Origin: Squatina squatina
Taxonomy: Eukaryota
NCBI GenBank assembly: GCA_031763465.1
Contig: JARFOE010000192.1
Location: 14,910,864-14,944,617, forward strand
DNA: 33,754 nt
Direction of reading: 5' to 3'
Part shown: piece by piece, positions 1-11,727 of the stretch
Layout: every line of letters begins with the position of its first letter
How positions within the stretch are numbered: position 1 is the first letter of the stretch
Notes under the pieces: model-generated
Databases searched by the model: none
What the model was told of the DNA's origin: nothing
What the model saw: only the letters and a program-made list of their open reading frames with translations
Position numbers and translations under genes: made by a program

Positions 1-447
1 CAGTTAATGTATGCAAAGCAAGCTCCCACAAACAGCAATGTGATAATGACAAGACAATTTGATTTGATTCATGGATAAATCTTGGCCAGGACACCTCTCT
101 TCTTTGAAATATTGCCAGGGATCTTTTATATCCACCTGAGAGCTTTAATGACTCATCCAAAAGATGGCACCTCCAAAAGTGCAACACTGGACTGTCAGCC
201 TTTATTGTGTGATCAAGGGGGCGATTTTAATCCTACCCGCTGAGCAGAAACCAGGCGGGCGGGCAGTTAAAGTTGCCCTGGTTCTTACCTGTCCGAAAGC
301 TGCCATGATCCCAACTTCTGTCATTTTAACTCGGGCATGAGTGGGAAATCCACCTGGAGTTAAAATCGGAGCCAAAGTCTCTGCAATGGGACTTGAACAC
401 ATAACCTTCTGATTCAGAGGCGAGAGTGCAGCAGTGAACCATGGCTA
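1..447 (-). mobile_element. tRNA-derived Deu-domain SINE (SacSINE1/AmnSINE1-like), interrupted by a MITE at 217-373
   Basis: Shares blocks with the copy at 13470-13822 (GCAAGCTCCCACAAACAGCAAT, TTGGCCAGGA, GGCACCTCCAA, TGTCAGCCT). After the insert it resumes with the tRNA-like head read in reverse (GTCTCTGCAATGGGACTTGAACACATAACCTTCTGATTCAGAGGCGAGAGTGC). Family name is from recall, not a search. Confidence 0.8.
217..373. mobile_element. Short non-autonomous DNA transposon (Harbinger-like MITE) inserted in a SINE
   Basis: Imperfect terminal inverted repeats GGGGGCGATTTTAA ... TTAAAATCGGAGCC and an internal end-like motif TTAAAGTTGCCC. The SINE is continuous on either side, with an apparent 3-bp duplication (AAG/AAG or CAA/AAA depending on end placement). 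Confidence 0.7.
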
Positions 448-1887
448 AATGCAATACTATATAATTTAATAACTACGCACTGTATTGACAGAGGTTAAAA
501 ATCAATCTGATTGTCAGAGGCACTACTGAACCAAACCAAAATATGAATGTTGAATTACTTAACAAAAATCTGCTCCAAATAATCGCCTATTATACCACAT
601 GGACCATCTTGGACCATTAGTGGTGGTTTAAAAATAAGTTTTAAAATGTAGATTCAATGCATGCTAGGTAGAAATCTCCTTGCCTGTTGGATGAAAGCAT
701 TCACCATCATAGCTGTAGCCTTCCTCTAAACTATTATAAAATTATTGGAATCAAAGTTGATAATGTTATGAAAACAAAGATGATGGTAGTAAGGGTTCAA
801 CTGCAGCGTGCACACCTGACCTTACACAACAGGCCATCAATCACAAATTCTACATCAGTGGCAAAGAACGCTCACAAAATACAAATTCTTGTAGCTGTGT
901 CACATTACACTCTGCACCTGCCTCTCATGAAGNNNNNNNNNNNNNNNNNNNNNNNNNNNNNNNNNNNNNNNNNNNNNNNNNNNNNNNNNNNNNNNNNNNN
1001 NNNNNNNNNNNNNNNNNNNNNNNNNNNNNNNNTCATGAAGTTCATACATCCCAAGCACTAATATTCAGATTCCTAACATTGAAGTCTAACACTGTGTGAC
1101 AGGCTGCATTCCAACAATCAAAGAGATAGCATAAGGAATGTTTTTAACAACAACTGTGAAATGAAAAGTATTTGCTAATGCTTCACTAATTTGAAATCCC
1201 AATGTAAATAGGAATGTCAGTTACTGATATTGTAATGATTCAACGTACCTTCATACCAAAACAAGAATTAACTCTTTACCAGCACTTTAAAAAAATGTAT
1301 ATTGGAAAAAATATATTAACTCTATGGCGATCAAAAGAACTAATGTATTTTAGTAAATTACCAAATTTTATATGCAACTTTCTTCCATCAAAGTCTAACA
1401 TTGTGCAATCCTGAACAATGTCCCAATAAAATTCAGATAACTGCACCCAGTGGTTCTTTAACCCTTTTTGTGACTATAAAGCTTTGAAACTGTTTAGTAA
1501 ATTATCAGATTTTGTGTGCAAATTCTTTGTGCAAAATCTTTGTTTCCTTTTAAAATTGTGGGACTTGATGATTTTTAGGTAGCTGCCAGTGCTGCTACAA
1601 ATATCATAAGATTTCATTTGCTTTGAACTTTTTAGACCATCCATAGGCGTATGTTAAATCTGACTTTGCAAGTAAAGCTCAGTCCCTTTTTGAAATTGGG
1701 GCATGATATTTGTTTTTTTTTAATTGATCCCAGCAACATTTGATTTTCTTTTGATGGAAATAGTATTTGAAAACACTGAAGTCATTAGCACTAATATCCT
1801 TGAATGTGTTTTCATAATATATTCCTTTCAAAACTGATCTTGCTAAATCCAAGATGCTTATGAATTAACACTGATTATGATTAATTT

Positions 1888-1962
1888 GAATACAAACAAA
1901 AAATGCTGGAAAAACTCAGCAGGTCAGGCAGCATCTGTGGAGAGAAAAACAGAGTCAACGTT
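1888..1962. mobile_element. Fragment of a Penelope-like element terminal repeat
   Basis: AAAAAATGCTGGAAAAACTCAGCAGGTCAGGCAGCATCTGTGGAGAGAAAAACAGAGTCAACGTT resembles the abundant chondrichthyan Penelope-associated repeat (from recall). It is cut off by a gap. Confidence 0.6.
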
Positions 1963-2062
1963 NNNNNNNNNNNNNNNNNNNNNNNNNNNNNNNNNNNNNN
2001 NNNNNNNNNNNNNNNNNNNNNNNNNNNNNNNNNNNNNNNNNNNNNNNNNNNNNNNNNNNNNN

Positions 2063-2421
2063 AGAAGAGAAATTCTATTCCTCCTGGCCCATAAGGAAAC
2101 AAACCAAAAATAACAAACCTTTGAGTCTTTTCTGGCTCCGGATCCACCTGCCACCAGGTTTGCCTGACCGGGAAGCCATGATGTCTTCCATGAGCAGGCC
2201 TCAGGTTAAAATTGTAGTTGGATCCCGATGACATAATCAGAGGCTGATTTGCATATTTGAGGAAGGACGCCGCTGCCTTCCAGCTGGTGTCCTACTCATC
2301 TGCTCACAAGAGCAGGATGAAATTGCAACTCCTGGGAAGGCAGTGGGATCGGAGCAGGTATAAGTCNNNNNNNNNNCCTGCTTGCCTGGCTTCCACTGCA
2401 CAGGCACATTAAAATTGGCCT
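2063..2421. mobile_element. Harbinger-like MITE, right portion, in a HIVEP1 intron
   Basis: Ends in TTAAAATTGGCC, like the ends of the 217-373 and 4146 elements. Internal GGTTAAAATTG and ATGAAATTG motifs; no open frame; left end lost in a gap. Confidence 0.5.
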
Positions 2422-2440
2422 TCGTACAGTATGTCCATAC

Positions 2441-2542
2441 CTGACTCATCGGTGTCTTGATCCTCAAATGTAGCTGCTACCACTCCCATTTCCATGCACT
2501 TCTTGCTGTGAGCCTTGGACTTCATGTGCTTGGTCAGGTTTC
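2441..2542 (-). CDS. HIVEP1: HIVEP1 exon completing the second C2H2 zinc-finger pair
   Basis: tttcaaAG|GA AAC CTG ... GAG TCA G|GTATGG, 102 nt. Translates to (G)[33 protein letters not shown], matching the HIVEP motif [16 protein letters not shown]. Splice phase 1 agrees with the upstream exon. Confidence 0.95.
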
Positions 2543-2978
2543 CTTTGAAAACAAGTAAAATACCAGCTAGAGCAGCTTTTATCGGAGCGATAGCATCCTT
2601 GTTTAGCNNNNNNNNNNNNNNNNNNNNNNNNNNNNNNNNNNNNNNNNNNNNNNNNNNNNNNNNNNNNNNNNNNNNNNNNNNNNNNNNNNNNNNNNNNNNN
2701 NNNNNNNNNNNNNNNNNNNNNNNNNNNNNNNNNNNNNNNNNNNNNNNNNNNNNNNNNNNNNNNNNNNNNNNNNNNNNNNNNNNNNNNNNNNNNNNNNNNN
2801 NNNNNNNNNNNNNNNNNNNNNNNNNNNNNNNNNNNNNNNNNNNNNNNNNNNNNNNNNNNNNNNNNNNNNNNNNNNNNNNNNNNNNNNNNNNNNNNNNNNN
2901 NNNNNNNNNNNNNNNNNNNNNNNNNNNNNNNNNNNNNNNNNNNNNNNNNNNNNNNNNNNNNNNNNNNNNNNNNNNNNN

Positions 2979-3503
2979 TGGAGGCCCTGTGGGGAGAGGA
3001 CTTCTTTTGCAGTGTTGACCCCCTGAATAAAGCTGGAGTGTTGCTTGTGGACTCTGGGGGCCCCTTCCCTAACTTGTTGGGCCTTTGCTTTAGTGCTGAA
3101 GCACTTTTTCGATTTTTTTTTTTTAAGGTGCGGAAGGCAAATCAGACTCCTATTTTGGAATTCTTTTTAATGTTCATTTTTTTCAGAAGGCAGTTGAGCT
3201 GTAAGGGCTAAAAACTGCTTATTTTTAAATGATTTTTATTTTTATCATTTTAGAAGGCAGTTCCCCTTTAAGGGAAATGCTTTCTCTAATGACAGCTTTG
3301 CTTTAAGAGAAGGCTGTTCTTGCTTCAATGACGCTATGGCCACGCTACATTGAGCCTCCTGCCGGGACTAAAACCACGGTAAGTTTAGTGTTGGGCTCAT
3401 GTTGATTAGCAACCAGCACCAACTTACTGGTTTTTCGGTTACATCAATTTCGGCAGCCGTGGTGGTACCAGTTGGTTTTTAGCAATCTTCAATTTCTAGG
3501 CCC
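2979..3503. mobile_element. Harbinger-like MITE, right portion
   Basis: Terminates in CAATTTCTAGGCCC (reverse complement GGGCCTAGAAATTG), with a subterminal CAATTTCGGCAGCC and an internal CCCTTTAAGGG near-palindrome. Left end is in a gap. Confidence 0.55.
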
Positions 3504-3800
3504 TTGTGTTTTTTTGAAATGAAAGATGTTGTGGGTTGGGGAAAGTAAAAGAAATAAAATGAAGGAAAGGTCAGCACATTTACCTGTATTGCGTATTTTG
3601 CATTCTCCATCTTTTGGGCTGTGACTTAAAACAATGACACAAAGAGAGGAGATCACACAACAGTTTCAATAACCTGCATAATGGATCTTGCATAAGGCAT
3701 GGAAATAGAATTTTTGTATACTGGTAACAAACATGAGGTGCATTTAGGAGTTTGACAAAGTAAGCATCTGTAGCTACTGTATGTAACATCATCAACTTAC

Positions 3801-3976
3801 CTTTAGTTTTGAAGGAGAAATTGCAGTAGTTGCAGTGATAAGGTCGAAAGTCAGTATGGGTGCGAATGTGCTTTCTCAGCATACTGGGCTTCTTGCAACG
3901 TATTCCACATTCCTCACAAATGTACTTTCCCCTCCCTCGGCCCCGAACATACACGTACTCTTCATTTGATTTATAT
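3801..3976 (-). CDS. HIVEP1: HIVEP1 exon encoding most of the second C2H2 zinc-finger pair
   Basis: Pyrimidine tract then tttaaAG|A TAT AAA TCA AAT GAA ... AAA ACT AAA G|GTAAGT, 176 nt. Translates to [58 protein letters not shown], the hallmark HIVEP/Schnurri C-terminal ZAS fingers. Confidence 0.97.
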
Positions 3977-4145
3977 CTTTAAAAAGAAAAAAAAAGTTGG
4001 TTTACAATTTAATATTACTTTTCTCTTTCTGGTTGTAAAAACATTTATAGTAGGACTCAGTACAAGTGGAGATTATTACAGAATGAACACAACCCAACCC
4101 ACACTAATACTCAACTTCAACTGCACATTTTCACAAAAAGACATT

Positions 4146-4296
4146 GGGGGTAATTTTAACCTTGCTCCCCCCACCCATGACTGGAATTGGTAAAAGTGTG
4201 AAACCCGGGCCCAACCCACCGTGAACATGCCTACTTGCGGTTTAACCGTGCCTGGTTTAGGGCCGTATGAATAACCTGTTTTGGAGAGGCGGGTCG
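4146..4296. mobile_element. Harbinger-like MITE, left portion
   Basis: Begins GGGGGTAATTTTAACC at an abrupt AT-rich to GC-rich transition, resembling the 217 end. Truncated by a gap. Confidence 0.55.
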
Positions 4297-4493
4297 NNNN
4301 NNNNNNNNNNNNNNNNNNNNNNNNNNNNNNNNNNNNNNNNNNNNNNNNNNNNNNNNNNNNNNNNNNNNNNNNNNNNNNNNNNNNNNNNNNNNNNNNTCAT
4401 CTAATATTTCACACTCCTCCTCAACTACACTGTCTGCATTATCGTTCTTTTTGTGGAGACAGACGCAAAGTATTCATTAAGAACCATACTCAC

Positions 4494-4547
4494 GTCTTCC
4501 TCTCCGAACTGGTGGCATGAGTAACCTAGGTCGGTCTCCATTTTGGC
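4494..4547 (-). CDS. Candidate 54-nt in-frame HIVEP1 cassette exon (AKMETDLGYSCHQFGEED)
   Basis: ttgtaacAG|GCC AAA ... GAA GAC|GTGAGT. Phase 0 at both ends, no stop codon, 97 nt downstream of the giant-exon donor. No recognisable homology. Confidence 0.35.
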
Positions 4548-4644
4548 CTGTTACAACAAGCATAATTAAAGCAATTTTCTCTGTCCAACTGTTAGCAAGG
4601 CCATAAGAGATTCAATGGTTTATTAAAATAATTTAATGTAATAC

Positions 4645-7600
4645 CTTGGACTTATTAGCTTTCCACTTGCTTGAAGATACCAATATGCCAGAATGAACCA
4701 GGGTGGTTTTCGCTTGAGTGTACATCACTTTTTTGCTCTTCTGCTTTGAATTGAGAAGACCAAGTGCAACTTTAGTTGGTAAACCCAATGGATTGGGATT
4801 GTTAGGGCTGACAGGCCAATTAGCATATGCAGAGACTTTTTTGTCCATTTGCTGCATATGTAAAGGCTTGCGCTTTGATAGGTAACACCAACTAAAGCTT
4901 GTTGAAGTCTTCAGAGTTGGAAGTGTTGCACGCTGTACATCGCGTGTACTTGTGACTGGAAAAGAAGCTCCCACTTTTATTCGGCCTTGGTTGCTTGCTG
5001 GCTGCATTTGGTCATTACTTGATGGTGACTTATTACCCTGAGTATTAATAGNNNNNNNNNNNNNNNNNNNNNNNNNNNNNNNNNNNNNNNNNNNNNNNNN
5101 NNNNNNNNNNNNNNNNNNNNNNNNNNNNNNNNNNNNNNNNNNNNNNNNNNNGGTGACTTCAATAGAGTGGTATGCACTTGTGGAGAATTAGAGGATACAG
5201 TTATGGGTGACTTTCGAATAATGCTGTTCAAAGGGGAGGGAGAATGTTTTGAACTTTCAGACTCCAAAACGTCTCGTGAAACTACCAGAGGTCTACCCTG
5301 GCAAGATACTGGCACCTCATGAAGAAACTTTGTTGGTGAGCTGTTGAGCTCTAATATTTGAGGACTATATTTCAGGGTACCTTCTTGCTCAACAGCCAAT
5401 GTGCCTTCAATCTGATCTGTTGTGCAAAGCTGCCTTACTAACATGGGCTTCTTAAGCTTATTAGTTTCAACAGATTTCATGTTCTGTGACTGTACCAGTG
5501 TCACATGACCAGTACTTGCAGATCCATTTTCATCCTTAACCCGCTTCTGGTGCTTTTCCATTGCAATATCTAAACTGTTTGCCGGTGACAGCATGCGTTT
5601 ACTAGTTCCTGTAGTCTCTTGTGCAAGTAGACCGCTGGATGACATTTTCAAACCACTCAGTACAAGTGAAGTTCTGCTTTCATTATGGGAATTACAATTT
5701 TCAGAAATAGCAGTCATCTTAATTTTCGAGTTTACTTTACTTTGTTGGGCTCCTAGATAATCCTTTGATCCAGAAGGCATTTCCTCATCAGTGGTTGAAT
5801 TTGCTGTATCAAGTTTACAAATCACTATAGCTGGCTGGTTTGTTTGGTCTTCTGTGACCAAAATCTGTGGTAATGTTGTAATGGTAGCATTGTTATAAGC
5901 AGGTTTCCTGCTCTGGATTCCAACAGGCATGACCAGAGAAGCTAGAGGTTGTACCTGACCGGACAACTGGCCAGAATGGACATGTTGGACCGGAGGGACC
6001 AAATACAAATTTGAGATGATCTCCAGTGACTGAGACGAAATATTTGAAGTTACTCCCATTGATTCTGGAGTAACAGGAAGAGATTGGGGAATAACTGGCA
6101 GTTGGGATGTAACATTAGGAAGCAAATATGGTTGGCAGGGCTGTTTCTGAACAAGCTGAAGCTGATATTTAGGAGCAAATATATTATCTTGAGTTGCAGA
6201 AGGGAGAGAGATAATTGGACACAGTTTCTGTTGGGCTATGTGAGCTGCTGTTATTTTTGCAGGCAGTGCCTTTAGGTTTCCTTGTGGAACTAGACATGAC
6301 GTGGGCTTCTGAGCAGGAGATGCTTGGACTAAAGGTTGTTTNNNNNNNNNNNNNNNNNNNNNNNNNNNNNNNNNNNNNNNNNNNNNNNNNNNNNNNNNNN
6401 NNNNNNNNNNNNNNNNNNNNNNNNNNNNNNNNNNNNNNNNNNNNNNNNNNNNNNNNNNNNNNNNNNNNNNNNNNNNNNNNNNNNNNNNNNNNNNNNNNNN
6501 NNNNNNNNNNNNNNNNNNNNNNNNNNNNNNNNNNNNNNNNNNNNNNNNNNNNNNNNNNNNNNNNNNNNNNNNNNNNNNNNNNNNNNNNNNNNNNNNNNNN
6601 NNNNNNNNNNNNNNNNNNNNNNNNNNNNNNNNNNNNNNNNNNNNNNNNNNNNNNNNNNNNNNNNNNNNNNNNNNNNNNNNNNNNNNNNNNNNNNNNNNNN
6701 NNNNNNNNNNNNNNNNNNNNNNNNNNNNNNNNNNNNNNNNNNNNNNNNNNNNNNNNNNNNNNNNNNNNNNNNNNNNNNNNNNNNNNNNNNNNNNNNNNNN
6801 NNNNNNNNNNNNNNNNNNNNNNNNNNNNNNNNNNNNNNNNNNNNNNNNNNNNNNNNNNNNNNNNNNNNNNNNNNNNNNNNNNNNNNNNNNNNNNNNNNNN
6901 NNNNNNNNNNNNNNNNNNNNNNNNNNNNNNNNNNNNNNNNNNNNNNNNNNNNNNNNNNNNNNNNNNNNNNNNNNNNNNNNNNNNNNNNNNNNNNNNNNNN
7001 NNNNNNNNNNNNNNNNNNNNNNNNNNNNNNNNNNNNNNNNNNNNNNNNNNNNNNNNNNNNNNNNNNNNNNNNNNNNNNNNNNNNNNNNNNNNNNNNNNNN
7101 NNNNNNNNNNNNNNNNNNNNNNNNNNNNNNNNNNNNNNNNNNNNNNNNNNNNNNNNNNNNNNNNNNNNNNNNNNNNNNNNNNNNNNNNNNNNNNNNNNNN
7201 NNNNNNNNNNNNNNNNNNNNNNNNNNNNNNNNNNNNNNNNNNNNNNNNNNNNNNNNNNNNNNNNNNNNNNNNNNNNNNNNNNNNNNNNNNNNNNNNNNNN
7301 NNNNNNACTGGCAATAAGCATCTTCTTTACTACTCACAAATATAGAAAGCTGCATAGTTTCGTCGCGGGTTTCCTTTTCTTGCATAGGACCAGGAGAAAT
7401 TCTATCAACAGATTCTGATTGCTCAAATGAACTGGGCCTACTCAAAGAGTTTGTGTGTTGGATTACAGAAACTCCACTGCTGGTCCTACTTAACTCTCCT
7501 CTTTCTGGTAATGGACAGTGAAATGGTTTGGTTTGAATTTCATTGCTAAAAGACAGAGGAGCCTCCAGGAAATGTTCTATGGTGCTCGTCCGAAAATGAT

Positions 7601-10153
7601 GTCCTTGTAAACTCTTCATACTGACACTTGCTGGTTGGGTGCTGTCACCTGCATTGCTCCTGTGAGACATACTGGAGACAGTAGTACTCATCTGATCTGA
7701 TAAAGATTCCTTATTTACAGTTTTTGTTCCAGTGCCTTCACTGGGTAACGCCTCGTCATCATCACCAATGCTTTTAATTTTCCTCCTTTTCCTCATCTTA
7801 GGTGGTTGCTGGAGCACACCTGTTGTTCCTATTACCCTGTAATGTAGCAATTGTGGCGGAATGCGGCGTGATGCCGCTTCGTGTTCTGAATCTTTTGTGA
7901 TTGTTGGTTTAATTTTTGGCCCATGGAGCTCTGAACAGTAGAATTTCTTGTGATTCTCAAAGTTCTCCAACTTTCTATATCTGTTTCGGCAAGTTTCACA
8001 TTCATACATTGACCCCCGTCCTTGTGATTTCTTCACTTTTTCCTGCATACGCAACCCATGCTCAAATGATTTACTTCTTGGCATCAAAACTCCCGCAGCC
8101 ATGTTACTCCTGTGGCAACCTTCATCCATTGAGCGTGTGGAAGCAAAGCTCTGCCCTTCATTAGTTGATGAATCCTCTACTGCAGTCTGTCTGACAAGGG
8201 TTCGGGGATGGNNNNNNNNNNNNNNNNNAGGTGGCCCGGAAACAAAGACATCATCGCTAAATGAAGCCCCAATTTTATCATCAAATGACTGACTCTCTCG
8301 AAGTGGGTGTGCTGCAGGCACTGTGTTTGCAGGTATGGCGGAGTATGCTGGAGTAGCCGGCATTGAGTTACTTCTAGTAATTGGTAAACAATCAAGAGAA
8401 GGAAATGGAGGAGGAACTGATAAAAGAAACACTTGCTTCGACTTGTCAGTAGGTGTAAAGGGGGACTTGGGTATATCAGAACTGGAGCTTGTTCTCCTTC
8501 CAGAATGAAGTGGCCGTAGATCAAACTGGAATGAATCTTTAAATGTAGATGGTGTTGGTGAGTCTATGCTCCCTCTCCTTGAAATAGACGTTCTTCTTGG
8601 TTTTACACTATCCAGCTGTTTATCATCAACTACTGCTTCATTGTCCGATATCAACTTGGAAATACGTTCTTCAAGTGTTTTTGTTGCTATCTGAGTACGA
8701 ACAGGAGCTGTTAATTTTGTTGGTTTTTCAATTGAGCTCATCTGTAAAACAGTAGCCATAACTTGGTTGCCACGAGGTGGACAAGGCAAACTGCTCTTGT
8801 TGAGATCAACTTCAGTAGTGGACATTGACTTAATGTAAGGACTTAGTGGACTCATCTGCTGATCTGCACTCTCTGAACGAGAAAAATACCCAGAGTCTGT
8901 GCTCCCTAAACTTCGTGGGCTCAAATGATACTTCCCTTGCTGTTGACAAAAATCAGTGGCCTGCTGCCTTTGAAGCTGTGCATGTGCGGTTACCGATTGA
9001 GGCTTTTCTTCTTCTTGTGGGCTAATTTCTACCTGCTGCTTGTGCTCAGTATCTTGCTTCTTCAGTGAAGACATCCAAGCAGAGCTGGACTCCATCTCAG
9101 CAGTTTGCGGATTTGTTTGCCGCTGTGCAGTGGCTGGTTCTGGAGCTGTGTTGGTCACCTTTGGACTATCAGCCCTTAAAGGGGAAACATTCACAGGGTA
9201 AACCACCACTTTAGGTAAAGCAGCTGTAACTTTTGGCTCAGAGGATTTATGCAGGGTCACACGCTCACAAGCGTCATAACCAACGGTTTTATTTACTAGT
9301 TTTTCGGGTGACATGAGACTCCTAGGGAATGTTGATGTTTCTGAATCGGATACATTGCCGGTTATTTGCACAACTTCCAGTTCAAAGTGCTTTTGGTCAA
9401 AAGATTTTTCTTCAGCTGTGGATTCAGCCTCACTTTCACCACTTTCCTCCACATCTGAATGATTACTAAGTGCTCGGTCAGATTCCTGTGACACTGATGT
9501 ACTACTGCTCTCTGATCTGAAAACAAGACCAAGTTTGATAGCATGTGCATGGGACTTTTTGTGCTTATATAAATTACTTTTAGTCTTAAATGAAAATCCA
9601 CATGTAACACAAGGGTAGGGTCGTTCACCAGTGTGTGATCGAATGTGTTTTTGGAGAACACTAGGTTTTGCACAAGCTCGGTTACAATACTCACAAATAT
9701 ACTTCCCTTGTTTTTTAGGCTTCTGGTCCTTAAGTAGAATATCGGACACTTGGTCTGTTCCAGAGTTGACAATTGGTGTCACCTGGAACTGCTTATAACC
9801 AGATCCTACTTGAACACAATTAGGTGAATTAGCTGCCATTGACTGATTTGGGTGGACTACAATCTGACTTTGATGCAGCCCATGTGACAGGACAGGGGTC
9901 TGAGAATGACCTAAAGAAGTCACTGTTAAGTTGTACGTTGGTTGCAAATGGAGTTTTCCTTGGCTCTGCTGGTGTATTGGTGATCCGTTAAACCTTTCAG
10001 ATAAGGCATGGTGTTGATTTTGTTGTGCAGCTTCCGAAACATATCGAGTTTGCTGGTAGTGTAAGTGAGACGTAGGCTGAACCTGTGCTTGCTCTCTATT
10101 CCCTGATGTGGGCACAATCTGAGTAACATTTGAATAGTACTGTGGGCCTGTAT
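4645..10153 (-). CDS. HIVEP1: HIVEP1 (zinc finger protein 40 / Schnurri-1) giant coding exon, partial and gapped
   Basis: Contains KPKKQGKYICEYCNRACAKPSVLQKHIRSHTGERPYPCVTCGFSFKTKSNLYKHKKSHAHAIKLGLV (about 9530-9720), a HIVEP1-type first finger pair. Also LSPRSLGSTDSGYFSRSESA, LEERISKLISDNEAVVDDKQLDSVKPRRTS, the CCHC finger YECETCRNRYRKLENFENHKKFYC, and NPNPLGLPTKVALGLLNSKQ...SSKWK ending at donor AAG|GTATTA (4645/4644). The frame change across 5052-5151 coincides with a 100-N gap. The 5' end is lost in the gap at 10154. Confidence 0.97.
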
Positions 10154-11354
10154 NNNNNNNNNNNNNNNNNNNNNNNNNNNNNNNNNNNNNNNNNNNNNNN
10201 NNNNNNNNNNNNNNNNNNNNNNNNNNNNNNNNNNNNNNNNNNNNNNNNNNNNNTGACGGAGCATTTGATTTTGATTGGAACAATTCTCTGAGCAGTCTCT
10301 CCAAGATGTACTCAAGCCCATGCATTATTACAACACCCACCTCTCTTTTTAGTAAAGCTATGGGCTAGTCTGGGATGTCAGTGACTGTCTAACACCATAC
10401 TATAGGATTTGTGATGCCATTCCACAGTAGGAAAACTACTTACATTTTGCTGTAGATTTCTTTTTGCTGAATACTTCAGCAGTAACATTGTTCAATCGTT
10501 CACCATGTTAGTTTTCAAAAAATGCAACAGACATTATCTAATTTAGGGCAGAGATTTCTGAAAGAAGGAATGATTGGTGTCAGATAAAGTGCTGTCATTA
10601 CTGTAATAGCAACCATGGAAAATGAGCTTCAACCTACAGAAGGGGTTGACAGCCCAAAAGACATAAAGAACAAGTTTGCAGGGACTCCCCAACGCTACTG
10701 TTAATATCCCCTGAGACCTTGCTGTAATGAAATATTCAAAACAGCTTACACTTATATCTTCTATTTTGATTACAAAAAACACTCTTGATACTATATAAGC
10801 AACTTCCTTTTATTTTGTCCAACTCAATGTTGTTCATGTGCTTTAGGCTGCAGGTGATAATCAATGTGTGTTTGAGAGTTTTATAATACTAGTTAAAGGT
10901 TTCCTGAATTGCAAAACCTTGTCCATGATATTTTGCATACAGAACAGAGATGCAAAAGCAGTTATATTATGTTAATTATTTAGTTGACTTAGGAAGGAAC
11001 ATTGCCATTTGGGGGGGAAAGTGAGCACAACAGTCATGAATTTGCACAATAACAAATAATTTACATTTTACATGAAACGTGTCTGGAGATCCCATGCAGG
11101 CTGTTTACCAGCTTTTGAATGGGAGATTTTGCACCTGTGCAACATTTTGAATGGGCTACACAGTCCGTTATAGGAACCACGCACCCAAAACAAAATTAGA
11201 GGGAACATTGTCCACCAACACCATGATTTTAAAATTCTCATCCTAATGTTAAAANNNNNNNNNNNNNNNNNNNNNNNNNNNNNNNNNNNNNNNNNNNNNN
11301 NNNNNNNNNNNNNNNNNNNNNNNNNNNNNNNNNNNNNNNNNNNNNNNNNNNNNN

Positions 11355-11727
11355 ATAACCAAAGCCATGGAAGGACCCGAAACCTTATTGAGCAAAGCAT
11401 TGGATTGCTCAAAATGAGGTTCTGATGCATTGACAGTTCTGGGGGCGCCCTACGATACTCACTGGGGTTTCCAAGTTCATAGTGGTCTGCTGTATGCTGC
11501 ACAGCCTTGCCATCATGCGCGGTCATCCAGTTCCAGAGGCCAATGCTGAAGAGGTAGAGGCTCTGAATCATAAGGATCAGCAAAACGGTGGTGCCCAAGA
11601 TGACTTGTCTACAGAGGAGGAGGAGGTCCAAGCCCATCAGAGGCCTCAAGGAGGTCGAAGAAGGTGTTGCCAGCCAAACCCCGCTGTTGCGGCTCGGCAG
11701 CGACTCACTCGTGAGCGATTCACATAG
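11355..11727 (+). pseudogene. Degenerate PIF/Harbinger (HARBI1-like DDE) transposase, C-terminal part
   Basis: From 11357 reads NQSHGRTRNLIEQSIGLLKMRF*CIDSSGGALRYS and, after a frameshift, SKFIVVCCMLHSLAIMRG plus an acidic tail. This matches the Harbinger motif N..H..TR..IE...G.LK.RFRCLD.SGG.L.Y...CC.LHN. The stop at 11423-11425 is consistent with CGA>TGA decay. Confidence 0.88.

Noticed and set aside
925-1040. TCATGAAG repeated on both sides of a gap
   Set aside because: Probably overlapping contig ends or chance; it cannot be called a target-site duplication.
4977-5151. Apparent frameshift and premature stop in HIVEP1
   Set aside because: The frame change coincides with an arbitrary 100-N gap, and 4645-5051 is open in the HIVEP1-homologous frame.
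6184-7418. Long poly-X ORFs here and at other gaps
   Set aside because: They are artefacts of translating N runs.
10254-10340. N-terminal MGVVIMHGLEY... of the 1787-aa ORF as the HIVEP1 start
   Set aside because: It lies on a different contig across a 100-N gap and does not resemble the HIVEP1 N-terminus; the ORF only reads through the Ns.
11355-11727. Domesticated HARBI1 gene
   Set aside because: The in-frame stop and frameshift indicate a dead transposon copy.
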